Of a DNA stretch of 64,000 bases, positions 23,284-32,891 are shown one piece after another. The notes under the pieces were generated by a model. The model ran no database searches. It saw only the letters and a list, made by a program, of their open reading frames with translations, and was not told where the DNA came from. This DNA is from Planctomycetota bacterium (GTDB lineage: Bacteria > Planctomycetota > B15-G4 > SIAN01). The position numbers and the translations under genes were made by a program. Position 1 is the stretch's first letter; each line of letters starts with the position of its first letter. The stretch is taken from contig JANNXA010000051.1 in the NCBI GenBank assembly GCA_031409275.1, positions 128,001 to 192,000 of the forward strand. Direction: 5' to 3'.

Positions 23284-24207
23284 ATGCAGCGCACGAATGG
23301 CCCGTCCGAGTCCGCGTCCGCCTCTCTCCCGCTCGGCCTCGACGAGGTCAAGATCGGCCTGGCGCGCATGCTGAAGGGCGGCGTGATCATGGACGTCACG
23401 GACGTCGAGCAGGCGAAGATCGCCGAGGATGCGGGCGCTTGCGCCGTGATGGCGCTCGAGCGCGTCCCATCCGACATCCGCAAGGAAGGCGGCGTCGCGC
23501 GCATGGCGGCGATCGAGATCATCGCGCGCATCCAGGAAGCGGTGACCATCCCGGTGATGGCGAAGGCGCGCATCGGCCACTTCATCGAAGCACGCGTGCT
23601 CGAGCACCTTGGCGTCGACTTCATCGACGAGAGCGAAGTGCTGACGCCCGCCGATCCCGAGAACCACATCGACAAGCGCGCCTTCAAGGTGCCGTTCGTG
23701 TGCGGAGCGACCTGCCTCGACGAGGCGCTGCGCCGGGTCGGCGAAGGCGCCGCCATGCTGCGCACCAAGGGCGAAGCGGGCACCGGCAACATCATCGAAG
23801 CGGTCCGCCACCTGCGCCTGATCCAGAAGCAGATCCGCGAGCTGTCCGTCACTCCGACGGCGGAGCTGATGAGCCGCGCCAAGGAGCTGCGCGCGCCGTT
23901 CCACCTCGTCGAGTACGTCGCCAAGCACGGCGCGCTGCCCGTTCCGAACTTCGCGGCTGGCGGCGTCGCGACGCCCGCCGACGCGGCGCTGGTGATGGCG
24001 CTCGGTGCGGAGGCGGTCTTCGTCGGCTCCGGCATCTTCAAGTCGGAGGCGCCGGCCAAGACGGCGGCCGCGATCGTCAAGGCGACCGCGCAATGGAACG
24101 ATCCGGCCGTGATCGCGGAGGCGTGCCGCGGCACCGGCACCGCAATGCGCGGCCTGTCGATGGAGTCGATCCCGGAGTCGGAACGTCTCGCCAAGCGTGG
24201 CTGGTGA
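23284..24207 (+). CDS. pdxS: Pyridoxal 5'-phosphate synthase, lyase subunit
   Basis: [71 protein letters not shown]. Confidence 0.97.
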   Translation: MQRTNGPSESASASLPLGLDEVKIGLARMLKGGVIMDVTDVEQAKIAEDAGACAVMALERVPSDIRKEGGVARMAAIEIIARIQEAVTIPVMAKARIGHFIEARVLEHLGVDFIDESEVLTPADPENHIDKRAFKVPFVCGATCLDEALRRVGEGAAMLRTKGEAGTGNIIEAVRHLRLIQKQIRELSVTPTAELMSRAKELRAPFHLVEYVAKHGALPVPNFAAGGVATPADAALVMALGAEAVFVGSGIFKSEAPAKTAAAIVKATAQWNDPAVIAEACRGTGTAMRGLSMESIPESERLAKRGW

Positions 24208-24220
24208 GCGGAGCCGCTTC

Positions 24221-24829
24221 GTGAACGCCGACAGCGCCGGCGTGCTCTGCCTGCAAGGGTCGAGCGAGCCGCATCTCGCCCGTCTGCGCGACCTCGGGTT
24301 CGCGCCGCGCGAGGTGCGGCAGTGCAAGGACCTCGACGGGCTCACCCACCTGATCCTGCCCGGCGGCGAGTCGACCACGATTCGCCACCTGCTCGACCTG
24401 TTCGGCTTGACCCGCGAACTGATCGAGCGCCACCGCGACGGCCGTCTCTGCCTGTTCGGCACCTGCGCCGGCGCGATCCTGCTCGGACAGGAGGATGGCA
24501 CGCGGCCGCCGCGGCTTGGCCTGCTCGACGTCGCCGTGACCCGCAACGCCTACGGTCGGCAGGTCGACTCCTTCAGCACCGAGCTCGCGCTGATGCTGGA
24601 GGAGATCGACGATCACTCCCCGTTCCACGGCGTCTTCATCCGCGCTCCACGCTTCGCACGGATCGGACCGACGGTGAGGGTGTTGGCGAGGAGGGACGAG
24701 GAGGCGGTGCTGGTCGAGGCGCCGGGGCTGCTCGCCGCGACGTTCCACCCCGAATTGACGCGCGACCTGAGAGTCCATCGCCATTTCGTCGAGATGGTTC
24801 CCGTGAAGGCGCGCGCGAGGGCGATGTAA
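24221..24829 (+). CDS. pdxT: Pyridoxal 5'-phosphate synthase, glutaminase subunit
   Basis: GVLCLQG, PGGESTT, GTCAG, RNAYGRQVDSF, FIRAP, FHPEL. Confidence 0.95.
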   Translation: MNADSAGVLCLQGSSEPHLARLRDLGFAPREVRQCKDLDGLTHLILPGGESTTIRHLLDLFGLTRELIERHRDGRLCLFGTCAGAILLGQEDGTRPPRLGLLDVAVTRNAYGRQVDSFSTELALMLEEIDDHSPFHGVFIRAPRFARIGPTVRVLARRDEEAVLVEAPGLLAATFHPELTRDLRVHRHFVEMVPVKARARAM

Positions 24830-24886
24830 CCGGCCATCCAACGGCGGCATCAGGTGCGTACTTTGGATCGCCCTTCGGAGTCCTTG

Positions 24887-25744
24887 ATGGCCACGCCGCT
24901 CCCCTCGCTCGCGCTGATGCTCCTCGCCCACTGCGCACCCACCGACCCGTCGCAGGCGGCGCCGCCCGCAGCGCCGGCGTCACCCGTCGCGCCGGTCCCG
25001 ACGTCCGCCGCGTTCGACCACTCCGAACTCGATGCGCTGCTGAAGAAACATGGCCGTGGCGATCGCATCGACTACGCCGCTCTGAAGACCGATCGCACCG
25101 CGCTCGATGGCTACCTCGACCGCATCGCCAAGTTGCCCGCTGACGCCGTCGCCAAGATGGAGCGCGCCGAGCAGATGGCGTTCTGGATCAACGCCTACAA
25201 CGCCTGGACGCTGCGCACGATCGTCGATGCCTATCCGATCGCTGGTTCCGGCCTGTCGGGCCTGCGTTTCCCGAAGAACTCGATTCGACAGCTGAGCGAC
25301 CCGTGGGGCACGAAGCACCCGATCGCCGGCGCGCAGCGCTCGCTCGACGACCTCGAGCACAAGATCCTGCGCGCGCAATTCAAGGACCCGCGCATCCACT
25401 CGGCGGTCAACTGCGCGAGCGTCGGCTGCCCACCGCTGCGCCTCGAAGCCTTCGCTGCCGCCACGCTCGAAGCGCAACTCGATGACCAGATGCGGAAGTT
25501 CCTGGCCGACCCGAAGCGCAACCTCGTGGACCCCGCGAAGAAGAAGATCGAGCTCTCGTCGATCTTCGACTGGTTCGGCGAGGACTTCGGCACCAAGGCG
25601 ACGGGCGCCGCCGGCGAACGCGCGTTGCTCGCGTGGATCGAGAAGTACGGCAAGCCGGAGTGGAAGGAGTTCCTCTCGAAGTTCGATCCCGACGACGTCG
25701 ACTTCCTCGACTACGACTGGGCGTTGAACGATGTGGTGCAGTGA
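24887..25744 (+). CDS. DUF547-domain exported protein
   Basis: IDYAAL, AFWINAYNA, SLDDLEHKILR, DPRIHSAVNCASVGCPPL, LSSIFDWF..DF, YDWALN. Confidence 0.9.
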   Translation: MATPLPSLALMLLAHCAPTDPSQAAPPAAPASPVAPVPTSAAFDHSELDALLKKHGRGDRIDYAALKTDRTALDGYLDRIAKLPADAVAKMERAEQMAFWINAYNAWTLRTIVDAYPIAGSGLSGLRFPKNSIRQLSDPWGTKHPIAGAQRSLDDLEHKILRAQFKDPRIHSAVNCASVGCPPLRLEAFAAATLEAQLDDQMRKFLADPKRNLVDPAKKKIELSSIFDWFGEDFGTKATGAAGERALLAWIEKYGKPEWKEFLSKFDPDDVDFLDYDWALNDVVQ

Positions 25745-25826
25745 GGGGACGGCGCGCACGCTGAACAAACCAACGTCTCGGCGGCCTCTTTTGCGTTGGT
25801 GAGTGCAACCAAGCGGGAGAGGCCCA

Positions 25827-28733
25827 ATGAATCGCGCGACCGTCGATCCCGATCTGCTCCGAACCCACGCGCCCTTCCTGCGCTCGCTCGCGCGCGCGCT
25901 CCGCGATGACATCTCGGAAGCCGAAGACCTCGCGCAGGAGACGATGCGACGCGCCCTTGAGCGCTCACCGAGGGAGTCGGCCACCGGAGCCGTACGCGGA
26001 TGGCTCGCGCGAGTCATGAGGAGCGTGCGGCGCGAGGCGAGTCGCGCCTCTCAACGTCGGCGGGCGCGGGAGCAGAAGGTCGCGCCACCCGAGGCGAGCG
26101 ACTCCCACGATCCCGCGCGAATCGTCGAGCGCCTCGAGCTCGTGGGGCACCTGGCGAGAGCCGTCGCCGAACTGCCCGAACCGTATCGCGGCACGATCAT
26201 CGCGCACCACCTCGACGAACTCTCGCCGGCTGCGATCGCGAGGCGCAGCTCCATTCCCCTCGCGACGGTGCATACCCGGCTTCGGCGTGGCCGCGAGTTG
26301 CTCCGAAAGAGGCTCTGCCCGCGCGATGACTCCGACGCGCGCGTGGCATGGATGGCGGGACTCGACCTGCTGACCCACCAGGGCGGCACCGTGCTGCCGG
26401 CATGGATCTCCCTCCGGATCGCCGCGGCGCTGCTCGTCTGCCTCACCACCGGCATCGGCGGATGGTGGTGGCTCACGGACGGGGAGTCGCACCGCTTCGC
26501 CAGCAGCCGCGCGAGCCGATCAACGGAGCCGATGATTGCAGCAGCAGCCACGACTCCACCTCACGATCCCGTTCCCGCTCGTGAACCTGCCCCATCCGCG
26601 AGTGACTGGACGATTACCGAGGACCGACCATGCGTCGCGGCGCAGGTCGTCCTGGCCGAGAGGGGCGAGCCGGCCGTGGGTGCGACCGTGAGCTTCCGCG
26701 AGATCGGCGCCACCCCGCTCGCTAGGGAGCAGTTCACCGTCCGGCTCTACTCCCGCATCCACGACTGGTGGTTCGAGGATGACGATCAACGGCAGCGCGA
26801 CGTCGAGGCGTTCCTCGCCGATGCCGGCGGGCCGCTTCGCAAAGTCGGGACGACCGATGGAGAAGGAGTCGTTGTCCTGCCGCCGTTCGAGGACGCGATC
26901 GTCTTGGCCACGCTCGGAGAGCGGCGGCTGATCCGGCGCCTCTCCAGCACCGACGCTCGCCCCATCCGCCTTGCGCTCGAACTCCCTGCCGCGCTGACGA
27001 TCCGGGTCGTCGATCGGCACGGCGAGCCGGCCCCGAGGACCTCCGTCGCGATGGAAGCCGACAACGGCCGCAACCGCGAACTCCTCTGGCGCAGCCACAC
27101 TGGACTCGATGGTTGCGTCGTCGTTCCGCCCCGCCATTTCGAGCGCTTCCGAGAGGAATACGCGAGTTCACTCTGGGCCGTGACGTTGGGCCTAGCGGCG
27201 ACAGGCTCGCCAACGGTGACGATCGATCCGGCAGAGCTGCCGACGACGCCGGTGGAGCTGATGCTGCCCGCCTGCGGAAGAGTGCGAGTCGAGCTACGCG
27301 ATGCGGACGACCGGCGAATCACGTCGCCCGCCCTGGTCGGACTCGCGCGCGCCGACCCTGAGCGTCCCGTGAACCAGTCAGACATCGGCATGGCGTGGCG
27401 CCTCACCAGCGATGGGTTCGCGGAGTTCGAAGAGGTGCCGCTCGGCCTCCCACTGATCGCCTGCCCGGTGGATCGTCGGCATTCGAGCGCGCCGCTCGAG
27501 TTCTCCGGACCAACTCGCGAAGGAGAGACTGCGCAAATCGTGATGAAGTTCGGCCCGCGGCTCCCGATGCTTCGCGGGCGCATCGTGCAAGCGGACGGTT
27601 CACCGATGGGAGACTGGAGCTTCCGATCGCGCTGGTCGATCGCATCGGCTCCTCACCTCGGGCGTGTCGTGACGGATCGCGAGGGCCGCTTCGAGCTCTC
27701 ACTCGCGCGGTACGACTTCGAGACCGACGAGCCTCATGGGACTCCAGTCGACGTCGGCTGGTTGACGCTGCGCCCCTTCGAGCCCGACCTGCTCGACCCC
27801 GCGCTCTTGGAAGCGGCGATCGTGCTGCGACTCGAGTCGCACCTGCTCGAACCAGGCGATCACGATCTCGGCGACCTGCGCTGCGCCGACTCGCAGGTGG
27901 TCGCTGCGGGGCGCATTGTCGATTCCGCCGGCGAGCCAGTGCGCGGCGTCGACCTCGCCGTCCTGGCGAACACCGAGCGCGGCTGGCGCAAGGTCTCCGG
28001 ACTCGAGTCGAGGAGTTCGGACGAGGGGGCCTTCACGATCGTCGGCTGGACAGCGCTCACACCGCTGCAGTGCGCGGTCGAGTCGTCCGGTTGGCGCAGC
28101 GCCAGCCCGATCGCATTCACGCCGGGCATGCGCGACCTCGTCGTGGTGGTCGATCCGACCGCCAGCCTGCGCGGCCACGTGCTGCTCGACCCGGACATCC
28201 CCGTCGATCAGATCGCCCTGCGACCGTCGGAGTCGCTGCAACCGCTCGGCGACGTGCGCGAACTGGTTCGGCGCGGCACCCCGCCCGTCACGCTGAGAGA
28301 GGACGGAAGCTGGTGCATCGCGCTGCTCAGCGCGGGCCGCGGAACACTCGAAATCGGGCTCGGCAACGGCGTCGTCGGCCACTTCGCGATCGAGCCGATG
28401 GTGACCATCGAGGGCGTCGCCAACGAGAAGGAGGGCGAGCAAGATCCCCGCCTCGCCGCGATCGACCTGCGTGGACGGCTGCGCGTGATCCCGATCGAGG
28501 TTCGCGATCGCGACGGAGCGCCGCTACCGGGCGCGCGAATCGAGGCGCGCTCCGTGACTGGCGACGGAGCGCTCGGGCCGCGTCGGAGGTTCATCACCGA
28601 TGGCCGCGGCGACGCGAAGCTGCTGGCGGCAGCGGCGCGCTACACCTTGCTCGTAAGCAAGGACGGCTTCGCGGAGCGCGCGCTGGCCGATGTCGGTAGC
28701 GACTGCACGATCGAACTCGATCGTCAGCGTTGA
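25827..28733 (+). CDS. ECF sigma factor fused via a TM helix to a long extracytoplasmic region of carboxypeptidase-regulatory-like beta-sandwich repeats
   Basis: sigma2 (AEDLAQET, GWLARV) and sigma4 (LPEPYR...ATVHTRLRRGRELLR); TM IAAALLVCLTTGIGGWWWL; repeated GR(I/V)VD..G.P and TD..G.F motifs. Confidence 0.8.
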   Translation: MNRATVDPDLLRTHAPFLRSLARALRDDISEAEDLAQETMRRALERSPRESATGAVRGWLARVMRSVRREASRASQRRRAREQKVAPPEASDSHDPARIVERLELVGHLARAVAELPEPYRGTIIAHHLDELSPAAIARRSSIPLATVHTRLRRGRELLRKRLCPRDDSDARVAWMAGLDLLTHQGGTVLPAWISLRIAAALLVCLTTGIGGWWWLTDGESHRFASSRASRSTEPMIAAAATTPPHDPVPAREPAPSASDWTITEDRPCVAAQVVLAERGEPAVGATVSFREIGATPLAREQFTVRLYSRIHDWWFEDDDQRQRDVEAFLADAGGPLRKVGTTDGEGVVVLPPFEDAIVLATLGERRLIRRLSSTDARPIRLALELPAALTIRVVDRHGEPAPRTSVAMEADNGRNRELLWRSHTGLDGCVVVPPRHFERFREEYASSLWAVTLGLAATGSPTVTIDPAELPTTPVELMLPACGRVRVELRDADDRRITSPALVGLARADPERPVNQSDIGMAWRLTSDGFAEFEEVPLGLPLIACPVDRRHSSAPLEFSGPTREGETAQIVMKFGPRLPMLRGRIVQADGSPMGDWSFRSRWSIASAPHLGRVVTDREGRFELSLARYDFETDEPHGTPVDVGWLTLRPFEPDLLDPALLEAAIVLRLESHLLEPGDHDLGDLRCADSQVVAAGRIVDSAGEPVRGVDLAVLANTERGWRKVSGLESRSSDEGAFTIVGWTALTPLQCAVESSGWRSASPIAFTPGMRDLVVVVDPTASLRGHVLLDPDIPVDQIALRPSESLQPLGDVRELVRRGTPPVTLREDGSWCIALLSAGRGTLEIGLGNGVVGHFAIEPMVTIEGVANEKEGEQDPRLAAIDLRGRLRVIPIEVRDRDGAPLPGARIEARSVTGDGALGPRRRFITDGRGDAKLLAAAARYTLLVSKDGFAERALADVGSDCTIELDRQR

Positions 28734-28799
28734 ACCTCGCCACGAGTCGCGACGAGCCGCGCGCCGCAGACGAAGTCCGCGATCGAGCCGCAATCCCCC

Positions 28800-29507
28800 C
28801 TACTTCGTCGGCTTCCTCGCCATCAGTCGCACGACGTGGGTCGGCTCGCCGAGGTTCCAGTCGCTCTCGAAACGGCCGTCCTCGTAGGCCAGGACTCGCC
28901 AATCGGAAAACGTCTTCAGCAGCTGGCCCGGCTTGAAGAGCGTCTCCTTCGGCGGACCGCCGCCTTCGTGCTCGCTCCCCTGCCCCTCGATCACGATCAC
29001 GCCGCCCGGCTTGACTGACGCCTTCAGCTTCTCCGCGATCGAGAGCGCCGGGTTGAAGTAGATCAAGCTCAGCACGTCCCACTGCTCGACGCCGTAGTCG
29101 AACGCGTAGAGGTCCGCCTCGCGCGCATCGAGCGTCAGCTTTTTCTCGGCCGCGGCGGCGCGCGCCTTGTCGAGCCCGACCTTCGAAACGTCGATCCCCG
29201 TGGTCGCGAAGCCGCGCGCCGCGAGCAGCGACGCGTTGCGGCCGTCGCCGCAGGCGAGGTCGATCGCAGTGCCACCGGCGAGCCACTTCTCGTCCGCAAG
29301 CCGCTTCAGCGAGCGGGTGAGGAAATCGTTGGGCTCGGTCCGATAGCGCGGCTGTTTGGCGCCGAAGACCTTGTCCCAGCGCGCCGGTTCGCTGACGCCG
29401 CCGCCTTGCTGCGGGCGCCACGCGACCGCGCCGAGCGAGAGGCCGGCCAGCACCACGCTGGCGATGAGGAGCCCTGCACGACTCGTGAACGGAGCGCTTT
29501 TCCCCAT
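28800..29507 (-). CDS. Class I SAM-dependent methyltransferase (TehB-like) with N-terminal signal/TM segment
   Basis: AIDLACGDGRN, GIDVS, EADL, VKPGGVIV; hydrophobic N-terminus LLIASVVLAGLSLGAVA. Confidence 0.8.
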   Translation of the reverse strand: MGKSAPFTSRAGLLIASVVLAGLSLGAVAWRPQQGGGVSEPARWDKVFGAKQPRYRTEPNDFLTRSLKRLADEKWLAGGTAIDLACGDGRNASLLAARGFATTGIDVSKVGLDKARAAAAEKKLTLDAREADLYAFDYGVEQWDVLSLIYFNPALSIAEKLKASVKPGGVIVIEGQGSEHEGGGPPKETLFKPGQLLKTFSDWRVLAYEDGRFESDWNLGEPTHVVRLMARKPTK

Positions 29508-29718
29508 CGGAGATCTCCTTCGTGCTGCAGTTCGAGAGCAGTCGTCAGCGAACGTCGCGTGCACCAGCGTAGCGCCGGAAAATCATGCGAGACGCCCTTC
29601 GCGCTCGACCTTTCGACGCGTCTCGATCCACCCGCGCGCCGATCAAGGCGACCGAAGGGGAGGGCGGTGCGGCGCTTCGACCGGCCTGCACCACGATGCA
29701 CCACCCAAGATCGACACC

Positions 29719-30612
29719 TTGATCCAAACCGCCGCCGCCCTCCTCTGCTTTTTCGTGGCGCCGCTTCGCAGCGACGAACCCGCTGCGATCGTCGATTCGG
29801 CGCCGGAGCCGTTGTCCACGCTCGCCGACGGACGGCGCCGCTGGCGCTACGCGGGCAAGCCGTTGTTCGGCGGCGATCGCTCGCTCCTCGCCACCGGGAT
29901 GCTGCCCCCGCATGGCAGCCCCGCGCCGTGGGTCGTCATCGCCAGCGATCCCAACGCTCCGCCGGCGCGCTACGAACGTTGGATCGAGGCGCTGTCGAGT
30001 CGAGGCTACGGCGCACTGCTGGTCGAGCGTCAGTCCGACGAGCCTTGGTGGCGTTATGCCGAGGCGACCGCGAACCTCATCCGACTGCTGCGCATCGACG
30101 CGACGACGCCAGGCCATGTCGCCTACGGAGAACTCGACGCGCCTTCCGTGGCCCTGCTCGCCGACGGGGTCGGAGCGGCCGCCGCGGTGCGCGCCGTCGC
30201 CGAGATCGACGGCATCGCGGGCGTGCTGCTCCTCGATCCAGAGGGACCGACGACGGCGCTACCCTGGCTTTCGAGAGTCGAAGCCCCGATTGCGACCGTC
30301 GCGAGCGGGCTCGCGCGCGAAGCGAGCGCGAGGAGCTGGCACGGAGCGGGTTGCGGAAGCGATGACGCACGCTGGTGGGTTGGCATCAAGAGCGAGGTCG
30401 GCATCGCGCGCGCAGACGGGCCACCGACGCCAGCGCTCGAACGCGACGTCCGCGAGTTGTGCACCGCGTTCATCGAGAGCGTGCTGCCACGCGGGTCGGA
30501 ACCGCGACGCGGCTTCACGACGACAGCGCGAAGCGGCGCGATCGACCGTACGGTCGAGTGCACCGCGACGAGCGCGCGCGTCGTTCTGAGCGATGATCCA
30601 GCGCGGGAGTGA
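29719..30612 (+). CDS. Hypothetical exported protein with a degenerate alpha/beta-hydrolase-like fold
   Basis: P(W)VVI...Y....EALSSRGY.ALLV, VALLADGVGAAAA (elbow position), VLLLDP; start TTG uncertain. Confidence 0.45.
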   Translation: MIQTAAALLCFFVAPLRSDEPAAIVDSAPEPLSTLADGRRRWRYAGKPLFGGDRSLLATGMLPPHGSPAPWVVIASDPNAPPARYERWIEALSSRGYGALLVERQSDEPWWRYAEATANLIRLLRIDATTPGHVAYGELDAPSVALLADGVGAAAAVRAVAEIDGIAGVLLLDPEGPTTALPWLSRVEAPIATVASGLAREASARSWHGAGCGSDDARWWVGIKSEVGIARADGPPTPALERDVRELCTAFIESVLPRGSEPRRGFTTTARSGAIDRTVECTATSARVVLSDDPARE

Positions 30613-30699
30613 GCGGCTCCTGACCTTGGCGGAACGATCGCTCGCGCGCGTCGTAGCTCCTTCGTCGCCAACCCGGCGCGACGTCATGGAGCTGGTCGG

Positions 30700-31296
30700 A
30701 TGCTCAAGAGAGTGGCCTGCATCGCACTGCTTTCCTTGCCGGCGATCGGCTCGACCCAGGTCGTCCCGTCGCAGCCGCAGCGCGCGTTCCCCGAAACGAG
30801 CACGCGTGGCAGCGCGCGGCTCTTTTACTGGGGCGGCGACCGCTCGGCGGGACAGCTCACGCTGGACTACGGTCAGCCGCCTTGGAAGGACGCGTACGAC
30901 CAGCAGATCGACGCGCAGCTCGGTGTCCGCTGGCGTCTCGGCCAGAACTTCTGGACCACGCTCGACACCAACGTCGACTTCACGGTCGCGACCAGTGAAG
31001 TGCTCGCGGGCTACTACTACGTCGTGCTCGAGCGCAAGAAACCTGACGGCGAGTACGTGCTGTGGCTGCTCGATCCGGTGGCGATCCGCGACGCGCACCA
31101 GGACGCATTCCACGCCGCGCGAACCGAAGGCGGCATCGAGATCCCGCTGATCCATCGCGAAGTGGCGACGAAGGCCGCGCAGCTGACCATGCGCCTCGAC
31201 GTCGACGCCCAGCGCAAGGACGGCGCGAACCTCGTCCTCCAGTTCGGCCGACACGAGCTGACCGCGGCACTCGCCCTCTCGCCGGCGCGCGGCTGA
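30700..31296 (+). CDS. DUF2911-domain-like secreted protein
   Basis: Signal peptide; LDYGQP, WRLGQNFWTTL, AGYY resemble the DUF2911 YSRP/WRTGAN/AGxY pattern. Confidence 0.65.
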   Translation: MLKRVACIALLSLPAIGSTQVVPSQPQRAFPETSTRGSARLFYWGGDRSAGQLTLDYGQPPWKDAYDQQIDAQLGVRWRLGQNFWTTLDTNVDFTVATSEVLAGYYYVVLERKKPDGEYVLWLLDPVAIRDAHQDAFHAARTEGGIEIPLIHREVATKAAQLTMRLDVDAQRKDGANLVLQFGRHELTAALALSPARG

Positions 31297-31376
31297 ACGC
31301 AAGGCGAACGCCCGCGCGCCCTCCACGGTACGATCGCCGCACTTTTGCCGCGTCGTACTCGTTGGGGGAACTTCGA

Positions 31377-32138
31377 ATGTCCGCGAATGCTCGTGCCTCG
31401 AATTCCAGCGGCCGCACGCTGCAGCTGCTGCTCGTCGTCATCGCGCTCGGCGTGGGCGGCTACTACCTGCTACCAGGGTTGCGCACGAGGGTCGATCAGC
31501 AGCTCGAAAAGGTGGGCGGCTGGAACGACGCGGCGCGCCGCCACGACCCGGTCGGTTTCATCGACTTCTCGATCACCAAGCTCGAGACGAACATCGGCAA
31601 GTTCGACGAGGTGAAGGGAAGCCTCGCGATCGCCAAGGTGCAGCTCGCGAAGCTGCACGAACAGAACGCGTCGAAGCTCGCCTTCGCCGGCAAGCAGCTC
31701 GACGAGTTCAAGGGCGCCTTCAAGGCAGCGACGGGCGGCAAGGGATGGCCCGTCGACCTCGCGGGCAAGAGCTACTCCGAAGCCGACCTGAAGCAGCAGG
31801 TGAACCTCCTGTTGAACCAGAAGAGCTCCTTCGAGAGCGTGTTGAAGCAGACGCAGTCGGGGCTCGACGCCACCGGCAAGCGCGAGATGGAGATCGTCGG
31901 GCGCGTGACGGAGAGCCGCGCCAAGCTCGACCTGCTGAAGACGCAGCGCGAACTGGTGAAGGTCGCCAAGCTCACCGCCGACACCGAGAAGCTGCTCGGC
32001 GAGGTCCATGACGTGCTGATCGAGAACGAGGCGCTCTCGGCCGAGAACCCGGTGCGCACGGTCGAGGAGCTGATGAAGCAGGCGGAGTCGGGCAGCTCGA
32101 CGTCGAACGCCAACGTCGACGCTTTCCTGAACGGATGA
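31377..32138 (+). CDS. Membrane-anchored coiled-coil protein, PspA/IM30-like
   Basis: N-terminal TM (LLLVVIALGVGGYYLL); DPVGFIDFSITKLE; long heptad helices; C-terminal VDAFL helix. Confidence 0.55.
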   Translation: MSANARASNSSGRTLQLLLVVIALGVGGYYLLPGLRTRVDQQLEKVGGWNDAARRHDPVGFIDFSITKLETNIGKFDEVKGSLAIAKVQLAKLHEQNASKLAFAGKQLDEFKGAFKAATGGKGWPVDLAGKSYSEADLKQQVNLLLNQKSSFESVLKQTQSGLDATGKREMEIVGRVTESRAKLDLLKTQRELVKVAKLTADTEKLLGEVHDVLIENEALSAENPVRTVEELMKQAESGSSTSNANVDAFLNG

Positions 32139-32887
32139 ACGTCCGCCGCGATCGAGTCTTCTCCGCGTCGAACTCCGGGAGGATCGCGCTCGCCCTTGCG
32201 CTGTTTGCAGGGGCGGGATGCGACGACCCCGCCGGTCGCCGCAGCTCGTCGCCGCGCGCGCCGACGAAAGCGCCGGTTCCTGCCAGGTCGAGCTGGTCCA
32301 CCGACGAGATGGCCGCCGACCCGGAGGGCTACCTCGCCTGGGCCGACGCGCAGCTTGAACAGCAGACGGCGACGCGTCGCACGCGCATCGACGCGGTGGC
32401 GGCGCGCCGCGCGGAGCTCGAGCAACGGCGCGACGGTTTCGGCACCAACCTCTCCGACCTGCGCAACGTCGAGAAGCGGCTCGGCGATGCCCTTCGCAAG
32501 GCAGAGGACGAGGATCGCTTCCCGCTGCGCATGGGCGGACGCACGTTCGAGCGCGCCAAGGCGAAGTCGATCCTCGCGGAGCTCGCGCGCCTGCTCGAAG
32601 AGCGCGGGCCGTTGCTGGCGACCTACGACGATGGGATCACGCGGCTCCGTGCAATCGAGGCGTCGCTGAAAAGCGACGTCGAGCGGCTCACGGCTCTGCG
32701 CGACAAGCTTTCCGTCGACCTCGAGCAGGTGCGCGTGAGCCACGGTGTCGCCGAACTCGAGCAGCTGCGATCGACCGAATCGGAGATCGCCCACTACGCC
32801 AAGATCCTGGGTTCGCTGGCCGAGGAGTCCTCCGGGTCGTTGCCGGCGGCTCCCCCGCCGATCGACCTCGACCAATTGCTGGAGTGA
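32135..32887 (+). CDS. Coiled-coil lipoprotein, paralog of the upstream gene (PspA/IM30-like)
   Basis: Lipobox-like LFAGAGC; DPEGYLAWADAQLE; FPLRMGGRTF matches WPVDLAGKSY; C-terminal IDLDQLLE; ATGA overlap. Confidence 0.55.
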   Translation: MNVRRDRVFSASNSGRIALALALFAGAGCDDPAGRRSSSPRAPTKAPVPARSSWSTDEMAADPEGYLAWADAQLEQQTATRRTRIDAVAARRAELEQRRDGFGTNLSDLRNVEKRLGDALRKAEDEDRFPLRMGGRTFERAKAKSILAELARLLEERGPLLATYDDGITRLRAIEASLKSDVERLTALRDKLSVDLEQVRVSHGVAELEQLRSTESEIAHYAKILGSLAEESSGSLPAAPPPIDLDQLLE

Positions 32888-32891
32888 TGCC

